NCBI RefSeq assembly: GCF_009914755.1
Contig: NC_060926.1
Source of the DNA: the human T2T-CHM13v2.0 reference genome, Homo sapiens
DNA length: 64,000 nucleotides
Reading direction: 5' to 3' (one strand)
Part shown: positions 39,417 to 53,294 of the stretch, piece by piece
How positions within the stretch are numbered: the first letter of the stretch is position 1
How the letters are laid out: every line of letters begins with the position of its first letter
Notes under the pieces: model-generated
Database searches by the model: none
Seen by the model: the letters and a program-made list of their open reading frames with translations, nothing else
What the model was told of the DNA's origin: nothing
Program-made: the position numbers and the translations under genes

Positions 39417-39943
39417 TTAACCATTACAATACCTAAAACAAACAATAGTGGTAACAACAAAAACACAAATAGAAATTATGAATGTTCAAAAAGCCAGCAA
39501 CCAAAATCCTCAGATCCATATTTGCTATTCAGGTATAATAAACTTTTTTATATTTGCATATACCATTTTCATGATTTTGGGGATTCTAAAGATGATTCTG
39601 AAGTGATTGAATTATTCATATTCTCAATATGAGACAAAACCATTAGACTCAACCAAAGCTTCCTAGAGCTTTTTTCTAGGAAGAAGAGCTTGATTGCCTA
39701 TTGTCATAGGCACCGTCCCCTAGATCTAAGTTCATATCCTTGCCCAGTGTCCTTCCCATCAAGGATTCTACATCTTAACTTGTGCCTTTGGGACAATGGA
39801 AACTGCTGAAGTTTCATTCATGGGCAAATGAGCACTTATCATCAAGAATGGGAAGAGACTGTGATAAGGGAAAGTTGCAAAAGCCCAGATTGTCAAAAGC
39901 TCTGGACTTTGTATTCAAAGTGGAGTTGTGATACCCTTTCTTC

Positions 39944-40112
39944 CGAGTTAATGGGTGCAGCACAACAACACAGCACATGTATACATATGTAACAAACTGG
40001 CACATTGTGCACATGTACCCTGGAACTTAAAGTATAATAAAAATAAAATATATTTTAAAAAAAAGAAAAGAAATGCAGCCCTTCTCACAAAAAAAAAAAA
40101 AAAAAAAAAAAA
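39944..40112 (+). mobile_element. L1PA (PA3-5-like) extreme 3' fragment with a second poly(A)
   Basis: CGAGTTAATGGGTGCAGCAC..ACATGTATACATATGTAACAAAC..GCACATGTACCCT.GAACTTAAAGTATAATAA; TSD GTGGAGTTGTG at 39920-39930 and 40114-40124. Confidence 0.95.
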
Positions 40113-41547
40113 GGTGGAGTTGTGGAAAGTTGTGGGTTGGTGCCACAGAGCAGAGCAATCCTAGAGACCACCTCCCTCTGGCTTAGCCGTATGTAGAAAA
40201 AATGCATTTCTTCCCCTGGACAATCCTGAGACACAGTTTAATCCAAAGGGAGCAATGTGGGAGAGAAAAAAAATGAGAAAAACCAATAAATAGTAAAACA
40301 AGGAGCAGGAAAAGACAGGCCTGGATGCACAATTCTTTTTGTGCCTGTTAAATGAACTCTGGTGGGGATGAGAAGAGAGAATTATCCTATTTATATATTG
40401 AAAGGAATTTTAAATATGCATAGGCAGGGAGAGAGGATCCACAGAGATTGAAATGCAAAACACAGCATGGTCTGTGCATCTCCCCATCTATCTCTCAGTA
40501 CCATTAGCAAGTTCCTTGCACCAATTTCTGGAAAGCTCCCTCTAAAACTCAGAGCCGTCCTTCTACTTACTCAGCATTCCTGTCTTAGAAAAGCAGTTCT
40601 ATTTTTAAAAAGAAATGGGCCTTCACTTGCAAAACACCTTGCAAATGTATTCACACAGAAACACAGCTCATACTTTCACAATGATGCACACACACGTTCA
40701 ACCAACCCATTTACACACACAGACACACAAAAACTTCCACCACTACCTTTACTTCTGGACCACAATCTCCTGGCCTCTTGGCACTGGGGTCACAGAAAAA
40801 CAATGCAGGTTCATAACATGCACAAGAAAAGAACATCTCACACCGTCATGCAGGAAGACAGAAGCATGGATCAGAAGGCGTGGGAAATTTGTCATCATTC
40901 AGCTGAACACAATCACTTTGGGAACATGTAAGAGACAGAAAACTGACAGTATTTCCTAATGAATACACTTTATCCACATTTTAAAACAATGCTGTCCCAC
41001 GCAAATCTTTACTGCCTTACCAAATTCCCCTTTTCACCAACCCCACCGAGCACATATCATCTGCTTTGAAATAGCAGAAACTGCTGTTCTCAATGGTTTC
41101 CAAAGTCCTGAAAGACAGAGAAATTGCCAAATACAAATAAGACCTTTGTAAGTCATCTTACTTCAATATCTCCCTTCTTCAATATCCCCTTAATGTCCCC
41201 AGCCTTCAATATCTCCCTTCTTCTCTGTCTCTCACAGGTACAAAAAGTCCCTGTTCCTCCTGATAAGGTCTGTTGCTTTGTAGGATTTGGTCACCGACAT
41301 GGCTATTACTTTGGGAAAGATTCCATTCTCTGGTTATTTCCAGGGGAGCATAGTTAAAAAATTACAAAGTTTGCAAATGGTTAATACTTTCAGATTTTTT
41401 ACAATAAGCTTCCATTTAAGGATGAAAACAATAAAAATATATGGAAAAAAGGGAAGAGGAGGGACAAAATATGGGCGCATGTGAAATTGTCTTGTTAGAT
41501 GTTATGACATTCTTCCAGTAGAAAGAAATCGTGAATGCTCCAGCTAT

Positions 41548-42329
41548 CTTTTTTATTAAAAAATAAAATAAAAGTTTAGCTTTTGTTTTAGATACAGGGG
41601 GTACATATGCAGGTCTGTTACATGAGTATGTTGCACCCAGATAGTGAGATAGTAAGCATAGGCGCCAACAGGTGGTTTTTCAAGCTATGCTCCTTCCCTT
41701 TCTTCTCCCTGTAGTAGTCCACAGTGTCTACTGCTCCCATGTTTATGTCCATGTGTACTCAGTGTTTAGCTCTCACTTACAAGTGAGACCACATGGTATT
41801 TGATTTTCTGTTCCTGCATTAATTCAGTTAGGATTATGGTCTGTAGCTGCATCCATGTTACTGCAAGGGATATGATTTCATTCCTTTTAATGGCTGTGTA
41901 GTATTCCATGGTGTATATGTACCACATTTCCTTTATCAAGCCGACCATGGATGGGCACCTAGGTCGATTTCATGTTTTGATATTGTGAACATCACAGTGA
42001 TGAACGTATGAGTGCATGTGTCTTTTGGGTGTAATGATCTATCTTCCTTTGGGTATATACCCAGTAATGGGATTGCTGGGTGGAATGGTAGGTCTGTTTT
42101 AAGTTCTCTGAGAAATCTCCCAATTGCTTTCAACAGTGGCTGAAATAATTTACATTCCCATCAATGGTATATAAGCATTCCCTTTTCTCTGCAGCCTCAC
42201 CAGTATCTGTTGTTGTTTTTTTGTTTTTTGTTTTTGACTTTTTAGTAATAGCCATTCTTACTGTGAGATGATATCTCATTGTGACTTTGATTTGCATTTC
42301 TCTGATGATCAGTAATAATAAGCATTTTC
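41548..42329 (-). mobile_element. L1PB/L1PA15-17-like 3' fragment
   Basis: Antisense L1 3' UTR. Minus-strand ORFs contain ORF2 C-terminal motifs (DLPFHPAIPLLGIYPKE; IKEMWYIYTMEYYTAIKRNE). Confidence 0.93.
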
Positions 42330-44069
42330 AGATCCAGGAAGAAGCCATTTGCCAAACTCCTGGCCTTCTCCCAGGCCTGATAACACTCTGCAGTTTGCCT
42401 GGCTAATACCTACTCATTCTTTAACTGTAGCATTACTTCCTCTAGAAGTCTGTCTCAGATGGTTCCCATCTGACAGCCAATTGATAGCAGTATGAAGGGA
42501 AAGGAATGGGGAGGGCAGGAAAGATGACAATTCTATATTGAGACATGTGTGGTTTGTGGTTTCTATATAAAATCCAGATGGTGACATGAGTGAACGCTTG
42601 ACCCTACAGGCCTGGTTATCAGGCATAGGAGGATGGACTCTGAAGCATAGGAAGTCCCCAGCATGTGAACCGTCCTGAAAGCATTGGCCTAGAGAAGTGC
42701 CAAGAGGGGAGATGCCATATTCAGAGGAAAGAGTTTAATTCAGGGCTTTATGTGGAGAGTTACCTGTAGACCCAGATTCGTGATACCAGGACAGTATGAA
42801 TCATCATGGCTGTAATTACCTTAATGTAACATTTTTCACTGAGAGCCCAGAGAAGTGCTTACATCTACATTAGTTTTCAGGCAATCAAACACCAGGAGAA
42901 AAATAAAAGCCTGAAAATGGTATTAATGTGTGAAAAACACTTTAAAAAACCCACAAATATCTTGAGAACAACCTAGAAGAATGAGAATGTTTCACCAGGG
43001 TGATTGGGATTCACAGCTCCAATCTGAGCACAGGCTTGTGAAGATGCATAAGAAAGGTGTCTTCCTCTCTGAGGAATTAGCACCTGAATCATTCGCTGCT
43101 TTCCAGTGTGGCACCTACCATAAAAACAGCTCTCCCCATGAAGGTCATAAAATACCTGCATTTCCTTAGTGTTGGTTTACAGATGAGAGGCTGAAGGGGC
43201 TCAGGACCCAGGTCTCTATTGACACCTGATTATTGCTAACCAACAATGGAGCAGAAGATGGACAAATGTAAACACAACTGTAATCTCTCTGGGTGTCTTT
43301 ATGCCCATGTTGTTCATTTTCCTTTTCCTTGCAGCCTTCCATGAAGTGATTTTGGCCAGGTTCATAATGCTAGGGAATCTCTTCTCCAACTGTTGTAGTT
43401 TGTTGTTTAAAAAAAAAAAACAAGAAACAAACAAACAAACAAACAGCCTGATCGGATTGCAGGAGGCCCTGTGTGTATTGGGTCTCCCACCCCTTTCCAT
43501 GTATTTGTGGAGGCTCACAGGCATCTGCTTCTGAGTTTGGTTTCTGATGGTCCCACCAAAACCTGCTTACCCTTTCACATGCAGTTGGCTTGCCTGTGCC
43601 CTTTCCAAGCAGCTCACATTCCATGGTGCACACTAAGGACAGCCCCTCTCGTGATGGCTGACAGTAAACTAACATCACCCAGATATGAATGCCCTTGCAG
43701 TCCAACAAGACCTCCTAGACCCTTCCCTCGGCCGCCTTACATCCAGGTACCATGTTTGGAGTGTACCATCCTTGGCGCACCATGCATAACTGACACTGCC
43801 TAGCTAGGAGCCCCATCTTTTCTTATCAGAGTATATAATTTCTTTGTCTTCAGTATATTCTCCCTGCAATACTTTTCACATACAGAAGGCAGAATGATCT
43901 TACTGCAATGCATGTCTGTCTTTGCTATTCCACCATTAAAACTACTTCTGTTCCACCACTGGCTTTCTGCACCTACAAAAGCAAGTCCAAACTCCTGACC
44001 GTGGCTTACTGGGCCTTCCGTAATCTGATCCCTCCCTCTTTCATCAGACATACCTCCTTTGTATGGTAA

Positions 44070-44447
44070 AATATGGGCTGAATGTTTGGGTCCCTAAAAT
44101 TCATATGCTGGAATCCTGACCCCTCCTCCCCTTCCCCCGCAGTGAGATGGTATTAGGAAATAAAATATTGGGGAGATAATTAAGCCATGAGGGTGGAGCC
44201 TTCATGAATAGGATTAGTTCTCTTCTAAAAGAGACCCAAGAGTTCTCTAGCCCTCTTCCCACCATATGAGGACACAGTGAGAAGACAACAGTCTGCAACC
44301 TTGAACCCTGATGTCGCTAGACATCAACTATGCTGGCACCCTGATCTTGAACTTCCAGCCTCCCAAACCATGAGAAATAAATGTCTGTTGTTTATCAGCC
44401 ACCCCGTCCTTGGTACTTTGTTATAGCAGCCTGAAGTGACTAGGACA
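44070..44447 (+). mobile_element. MaLR solo LTR, MLT1A/MSTD-like
   Basis: TATGGGCTGAATGTTTG.GTCCC..AAATTCATATG..GAGAAATAAATGTCTGTTGTTTA..TTTGTTATAGCAGCC..GACTAGGACA. Confidence 0.88.
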
Positions 44448-45164
44448 ATATGGGACAATTAAGGAGATTATATCATTTGGGCTACTGCAATGGGAAGAAG
44501 AGTCATTAATGGGGAACAAGAACATATCAGAGAAAAGGAAGCAGGCCTTGAGCTTCATAGAAGCAGGTAAACAAGGGAATCATCTGCAAGTCTTCTGGAA
44601 TTCATGGGGAAGAATGAAAATGGGTTGTCTTAGGAATACACTAGAGTGTGCTCTTTGTGGTTTGCTTTTCTGGAAACACAGTAGGGTGGCAGCCTTCCTA
44701 ACAGCCACTGTTTCCAGAAGCACAGGCCTCAGGTGAAGTTCAGCACTGCCACCACATTTCTTGTGCAGTCTCCATTGTCCTCCAGCCACAGACATGCTCA
44801 CTTGAGCCAGGTTTTACACCCCTAGACAGACCTCAGTTGGCTGTATTGGAGTTAGAAACCCTTCTCCTTCTTATATGCCTGACCAACATTTCAAGATTCA
44901 GTTACCTTCTCCATAAAACCTTAATCAGGACCTACTTAGTCCAGTTGTTATAAATATTAAACAGAATGATACAAATAAAGTCCTGTGTGGCTTCCTGGTG
45001 CCTGATGAGTGCTCAAGCAATACAGACTTATACAAGTCATTCCTGGCTGGGACTTGCAGACGGAACTGCTTCCATGCAAGGCATGGAAGGCATCTATCTT
45101 TACACCTGAGACACCAGGTCTCAGTTGCTGCCATTTGTATCTCTTCTTCATGCTGTGTATTCAT

Positions 45165-45430
45165 TCTTTTACCAGACATTCATTAATCCTCACCGGGGCT
45201 GCAGCAGTAAACAAGACAGTCCCACCGCCAGCCCTTATGGAGATTGTGGCCCAGTGGGGCTACACATGAGTAAATAAACAATTGCAGTGCAGAGTGAGAC
45301 GTGCAATACTAGGCTAGGGACAAGTGCCCTGGAAGCATAAAAGTAGGCATGTGACCCAGACCTCAGCAGAGGATGCATGCAGGTTTCTGGAGGAAGCAAT
45401 GTCCAAGCTTAGATGAAGGGAGGACTATTC
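45165..45430 (-). mobile_element. L2 3' fragment
   Basis: CAGCAGTAAACAAGACAG..GCCCTTATGGAG.TT..CCAGTGGGG..TAAATAAACAA. Confidence 0.65.
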
Positions 45431-45536
45431 AAAAAATAATTTGTAAAAGATCTCAAAGCTGGAAGGGGAGGAGGAGGAAGAGGTGGGGAAAATGTCTAAC
45501 TCAGGGCAAAAGAACTGGTCTGATTGCATGCCCAGT

Positions 45537-45632
45537 TCTCTCTCTCTCTCTGATTCTCTCTCTCTCACACACAAACACACACACACACAAATGCGCATGC
45601 CACGCGCACACACACACACACACACACACACG
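45537..45632. repeat. Compound (TC)n-(CA)n microsatellite with GC interruptions
   Basis: Visible directly in the sequence. Confidence 0.95.
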
Positions 45633-46534
45633 CTTTCCTCATGGCTTATCTTTGTTCTGCCTATAAGTGTCAAGGTATAAAGATCATCGAGTGTCTGAAT
45701 ATTTTGCCTCAGCGCTGACAGGAATCGAAGTCATTAACCCTGACAAAGACCTTTCTAACATTAGAAGGCAATGGGACTAAGACACTACTTGGAAGAAGAG
45801 CTAGAGAGACAAAAATAAGGAATCACACATTAAGCACTCAATAAACATTTCCCTCCTTCGTTCCTGACCCAAGCCTTTTAGACAGTGAATATAATGAATT
45901 TTGCAAACTGTGTGTATGGTAACCTTAGCTATTGTCAGGAAGAAATTAATGTTTTATAAAGCTTGTCCCAGGCACCACCCATGGGGACAAATTCCTGGGA
46001 CAAGGGGCTGTTGAAGGTGGGGCTGCCAGTGGGCAAGTGGGGGTGGGGATCAGGGCCAAAGAATGAGTGAGAGGTAGCCAGCAAATGCTCCAGATGCCTC
46101 TCTGGAGAACTGAATTTATGAACCTCGACTTCTCCCTGAATCCTCAAACATCTTCTGCATGGAGGGCTTGCTAGTGTACTCTTTAGATCTATGCACCTAT
46201 TTATGCTGTCAGTGAGCCACTTAGTGATAAAATTCACAAACTCAAAGTTGCCTGGAGGCTGTGGCTGTTATCAGCAGCCAGCGGACAGCTCACATGGTGC
46301 CCCATCCTTAGCCATCAGCAAGCTCTCCACCTGTATTGCTCTGCAAGCGCCTCCCACGTCTCTACAGACACACTCATGGCCAGCCAGAAATTACTCACAT
46401 GAAGTTTGGGTCAGCCCACTGCTCCATCCCTGATGCAGAAGGTGGTTTCGTGGCTAAGGGTGCGCAGGGAATTGTCAAGGATCTGTAAGAGAGTAGAGGA
46501 AAAAAATATACATACACCTACACCTGCATATACA

Positions 46535-46866
46535 TAGTCATCCCTCAGTATCCAAGAGGAATTGGTTCCAGGGCCTTCCTCAGATACCAAAATTTGTGGA
46601 TGCCCAAGTCCTTGACATGAAATGACATCGTATTTGCATATAACCTACACACATCCTCCTACTTTAAATCACCTCTAGGTTACTTATAATACATAATACA
46701 ATGTAAATGCTATATAAATATTTGTTATACTGTATTGTTTTGGGAATAATGACAAGAAAAGTAGTCTGTACATATTCAGTACAGATGCTATTTTTTTCCA
46801 AATATTTTTGATCCACAGCTTGATGAATCTATGGTTGCAGATGCCATGGATATGGAGGCCTGACTG
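46535..46866 (+). mobile_element. MER2 (TcMar-Tigger) non-autonomous element
   Basis: TIRs AGTCATCCCTCAGTATCC ... GGATATGGAGGCCTGACTG followed by TA; internal GTATTTGCATATAACCTAC. Confidence 0.93.
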
Positions 46867-47219
46867 TATACATATACAAAGTATCCTTGAGGACAAGATC
46901 TGCTTCCTATTTTGTAGGGTTCATTGAAAAATGAAAATGTGGGACTCTTTTGCTTATTATTAGCAGTTTGTTTCATGATGGCAACAGCTGAGCATGCAAC
47001 CAAGCCTGGGACCCCTCTGACCATGGGCCTTGTTTGCACAGGTCACACACCCACAAAGGCAGCCCTGCCTAGAGGTCACATAATCTAAAACTCTTATTTT
47101 ACAGGTGAGAAAACTGAAACCCAACAACAGAAACCATTCTCTTGTTCCTGTCCTATGTCATTTTTGTGCTCTGCATTAGCCCCCCCGACAAGTTTCCTTA
47201 GCCAGGTACCTCTTCACCT

Positions 47220-47400
47220 GCCAGCTGTGAAATCGCAGGCAAGCTATTCTCCCTTTTCTTCCTCAGTTTTCTCATCTGTAAAATGAGGAGAATAACACTG
47301 CAGATCTCAATTATTGGCTATAATAATTAAACAAGGTAATGAGGCAAAGGTTTAGAAGATCTCAATAAATGCTGGTAATAGTAGTAATGGTTGTTATGGT
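47220..47400 (+). mobile_element. MIR SINE
   Basis: CCTCAGTTTTCTCATCTGTAAAATGAGGA..CTCAATAAATGCTGG. Confidence 0.8.
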
Positions 47401-48199
47401 ATTTTAGTAAATACCCCTACTGGTCTCCTCTGTGACTTCTCTTAGGAATCCACAGGACAGGACACCTTTGACAACACTGTGAGCTACCTCATTGTGAGCA
47501 GAAGTGTGGGAAATAAAAGACAGAGCATCCATATCAGGTCCAGAGAAACATTAGACCCTGGAAAAAGCTAATTCAAACAGCTCTGCTTCTATGAGTCTAT
47601 GCCATTTACTCCCATCAAAGACTGGGCTGAGCTGGAAGAGTGACCTGGAGTGCTTGCCAAAAAGTCAGATTTCTGGACTCCCACAACCACCCACCGACCT
47701 AGATCTAATAAATCGGAATTTTCCAGGGTAGGATCTAGAAAGCCATTCTAATAAGCTTATTTCACACCAGTGGCTGAGGACCACTGCCCAGAGCCACCAA
47801 CAAGCCCTCCATTGAGTGCCTCCTTTCCTGTTGCTCCCACCAGGCTGGTGCAGCCCTGCCTGTGGTAATCTTGCATGGGCAGGGCACCCAGCAGGCGCCA
47901 ATTAAAGTGTGTTGGTTGGTTGTCGGATGGTTCACTGCACATGTCTCACATCTAACACACAATAAAAGCCGACTGCTGTGCCAGCTGGTCAGGCCACTCC
48001 ATCTGGGCCTTGTCCAGAAGGTCTCCAGCTGGGGTCTTGAGAGGAGCCCATAGAGGCTGAGCACACCCTGCAGGCAGTGTCTTGCTCTCTTGCGGCCTCC
48101 AACTGTGGGCCATCTCTCCGAATGCTGGCATCTCCTCAAGCTTTACACATTACTGCTAAGGTGTTTGAGCTACATAAGCAAGGACAAAGGACATTTTGA

Positions 48200-48677
<478 letters not shown>

Positions 48678-49830
48678 GCAAACATTCCTCTTTAGCCAAG
48701 GTAGCCTACCTGGCCCTTTCTGTCCTTCACTCTGGGAAAGAGAGAGAAACCCAATTGGAAGCAGGCTCCAGTCATCATGGGGATGGTCTGGTGTGGCTTC
48801 ATCACGCTGTATTACTTCCTCTTCTCCCCAGCACCCAAATATCCCCTCTTTCAAAGCACCATTTAGTTTGTGCCTCTTTAGAAATTGTCAGAAATTAAGA
48901 CTGACTGCTCACTTTTCCTGTATGGAGTCTCTAATGGCCCCAAACTCAAGCTAAGAGGTGCTTATTTATAAGGAAAGAGCAGGAGGACCATGGAAATGTC
49001 ATAGCATACACTGTAGGAAAGAGCTGGCTCTGAAGAAATGAAGCCTGTGTCCCCCAGGGAACCCTCCCAGGGCTCTAGAGGCCTAGGTACCTGCTTCAAA
49101 ACAACCTTGGGAGTTGAGGCCAATTCAGCAAGTCTCTCCCTAGGAGTGAACCTCAGCCTGTACCTGCTACCTGTCCCCATCATATCCCCCTGTGTGATCC
49201 AGAGCCCTTCTCGTAAGCCCATGCATTGCATTAATCAGCCAGCAATCTTCCCTGCAGGTCAGCAAGGTGGCCAACATAATGCTTATTAAAATGAGCACAG
49301 TATGAAAAAAAAATCACAGGCCCACCTCCCCAAAAGCTTTATTTTTAATTTTGGTTCTCAGTATTTATCACCAGGTTTTGTGTGTTTACTTTGTTTTAGT
49401 TTGGTATATATTAGCTTATACTACCTCTACAATGCAAGCCTTATGAGGGTAAGGACTACAATTTATTTGTTCAAATTAAAACACCATAAAACATATAGGT
49501 GCTTAAGATGTGGTTATTAAATCAAAGCACAAGAGAATGAGTTTGCTTAATCTAGCCCAATCTTGATGACCCCCCTTCTCCCTGGTGGTATCAGATGCTA
49601 TCCAATTGATGTAGGATATTTAACAAGGCCTTGGGGAATAAGGAGTTTTATTCGTTTTAAAAGGTCAAAATTTCTGTAAACTCATTAATTTGTTTGTTCC
49701 AATAAAGAGGCAAGAATATAAAAGTAAATGTAATGACAGAAAATACTTAGGAACAAGGGACAGAGCTCAGGGGAAGGAGGCATCAAATGAGGGAGGATGC
49801 TGAAGGTGCTAGGGTCTTATGGGAAGTGGG

Positions 49831-50186
49831 TATCTTAGTTTATCTGGGCTGCTGTGACAAAATCCCTTAGACTCGGTAATTTATAAGCAACAGAACTTTA
49901 TTGCTCACAGTTCTGGGGGCCAGGAAGTCCAAGATCAAAGGTGCCAGCAGATTCAGTGTCTCGTAAGGGCCTCTTCCTCACAGAAGGCTCCTTCTATGTG
50001 GCCTCACATAGCAGAAGGACCACACAGCTGGCCTCAGGCCTCTTTCATAGGGCACTAATTTCCTTCATGGGGGTGGGGCCTTCATGACCTAATTGTCTCC
50101 TAAAGGTCCCATGTCAATACCATTTCCCTGGGGGTTAGCTTCCAACATATGAATTTGGGAAGGTCACAAACATTCTGACCATAGCA
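49831..50186 (-). mobile_element. MaLR solo LTR, MSTD/MLT1A-like
   Basis: TCTTAGTT..GGGCTGCT..TCACAGTTCTGG..AAGTCCAAGATCAA..CAACATATGAATTT..CATTC.GACCATAGCA. Confidence 0.9.
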
Positions 50187-50600
50187 GTTAGCTTGTAGGT
50201 CATTATTTGAAAAGAAGACATTCTCTCTTCTGACCTCATAGACTGGGTTGGGTATCCCCACAACCTTGAAAATGAGGCCAATCATGGCACTTAGCATATT
50301 ATGTTTTAACATCCATGTGCCCTGTGAGCTCCTAAAATATTATATTTTATTCCTTTCTGAACCCCTGGGCTCTGGCACACAGTGGGTTCTCAGTAAATGT
50401 TTGCTGAACAAATGAAAAAAATAAATTGGCAGGCTATTCCAAGTGGGAGGAATGGGGTAAGCAAAGGCTTTTGGAAATAAATGGTGTAGACAGACAAGGA
50501 ATGTATGTTTGCTTGTTGCTGTTAACTGGAGCTTTGGGTAATTCAAGGTCATAGTGACAGATCCACCTTAAGTCAGTGGTCTAGGCAAAGAACTGCATTA

Positions 50601-51151
<551 letters not shown>

Positions 51152-51859
51152 TCAGGTCAAGAATGGGGTGGATGTGGCATCATTTCCTCCAGCTCTCTCC
51201 GCCTCACAGGATTTCCAGAAGAAACCGACTCTTGTGCTTTCTAACAATAATCTAAACTAGAGGCATATGCTTTCATCTTTCTCAGCTGAAAGGCTTTTTA
51301 AGCTCCCTACTGTTTGTTTTGGTTTATTACTGAAAGGCTAAAACCATAAAAAAAAATCATTGTTGTGGGTATTTTCCAGTTGAGATGAAATATTTAACAA
51401 GGGTGAGGTGGGGAGGAGGAAGTTTGCTGAAAATACCATTTTTTAAAGGTCAAGAAATGCATAAACCCATTACTTTAATACTGTTTGTTCCCACAAGAGA
51501 CAAAGCGTTCCGAGTCTTCCCCCACTCCCGATTGTTACGCACAAATGCACACACGCCAGGTCCTTCCTCACAAACCACGGCTATGATCCTCTTACAGCCC
51601 CGCGTAGAATCTTCCGTGGCTCCACCCAGCCCAGAAAATGAGATGCACTCTCCTCAGCCCAGCATGAAAATCCTACCACAATCCAGCTTGACCTAGGTGT
51701 GCATCTCACTGCCCACAGGGGCCTCGACCCCCTTTCCCTATCAGCCTGTCAAAAAGACATATTCTTGCAGACATTTTCTATGTATCGTTTTACCTCCTTG
51801 TGTCATAGAATCAGGCCAGTCTCTGTTTAAATAATCTCCTGCCTCTCCCTTCCCATCCA

Positions 51860-52130
51860 TGGTGACACATCAAAATCTTACCCACACTTTCAACACCTAG
51901 TGCAATTTCACCTCCTCCAAGAGGTCTCCTTGATCACCCCACTCAGATTCCTCCTAGAGGCACGTGGCCACACTGTACATCTGTTCATGACTAATCTCCC
52001 TGATCAGGCTGTGAGTTTCCTGAGAGGAGGGGCCACATGGCCTGTATAACTTTGTGCCCCCCACCAAGCACACACCTCTGCATACTGAATACTCTGTATA
52101 TCGCTTTTCAATCACTGAATTAATGAAGAA
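51860..52130 (+). mobile_element. L2 3' fragment
   Basis: CACCTCCTCCAAGAGGTCT..GGCTGTGAGTTTCCTGAG. Confidence 0.55.
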
Positions 52131-52847
52131 ACAAATGAGCCTTTTCCTCTCTGCAGCATTTGCTCTACTATTTGTGCAAAAAATAAATTCTTAGAACATG
52201 CCAAAGCACTCTACATAATGGATGCATCTTCTGATTGGATTATAATTAAAATATGATTTTTAAAATAATAACATCGTTACCTCGATTGGCAGAAGGGAGA
52301 TGGCAGATGTAATGGATAGTTGATGAACAGTTTGAATGCAGCCATAATGTATATCATGTTAGTTTCTTATTTCAAAAAAGCACTTTAGAGGAACATCCCA
52401 AGAACTTGCTGTTAAATAGAATCCCCAAGTGAAGCCGAATTATACAGTACAAGAAAGTAGGAAAGCTGAAAGAGCTCATAGAGGAGGAGGCTCACAGAGC
52501 AGGAAGGCTGTGGGGCAGAAAGAATGTGACAGGCAGTTCATTAGGAGGCTGAAGAGTGTCATGAGGCTGGGTCCTGAGCAGCCTGAGAGGCAGCAGCTGC
52601 TGCACACATTCTAAACCAGCCTTAGCCAGTGCAGATGTCACCAGCCACAGGTGGCTACTGAATACTTGAAACGTGGGGAGTGTAAAGTAAGATATTACAA
52701 ATGCCATTAAATACACACTGGATTTTGAAGACTTCCTATGAAAAAAGAATGTAACTGACCTCATTAGTGACTTTTTTACATTGATTACATGTTTGAATAA
52801 TAAGATACTGAATAGATTGGGTTAAAGAAAATATACTATTAACATTA

Positions 52848-53127
<280 letters not shown>

Positions 53128-53206
53128 GAAAGAAAGAAAAGAAAGAAAAGAAAAGAAAAAGCAAGCAAGCAAGCAAGCAAGCAAGAAAGAAAAGAAAGAA
53201 AGAAAG

Positions 53207-53240
<34 letters not shown>

Positions 53241-53242
53241 GA

Positions 53243-53290
<48 letters not shown>

Positions 53291-53294
53291 GAAA
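53128..53294. repeat. Compound (GAAA)n/(GCAA)n tetranucleotide STR
   Basis: About 165 bp of GAAA/GAAAA with an internal (GCAA)6 block. Confidence 0.97.

Noticed and set aside
40467-40931. 154-aa ORF
   Set aside because: No recognisable homology; it crosses CA-rich low-complexity sequence, and its length is compatible with chance.
41766-42133. ORFs with L1 ORF2 C-terminal motifs (also 19014-19328)
   Set aside because: Frameshifted remnants of truncated L1 copies; already listed as mobile elements.
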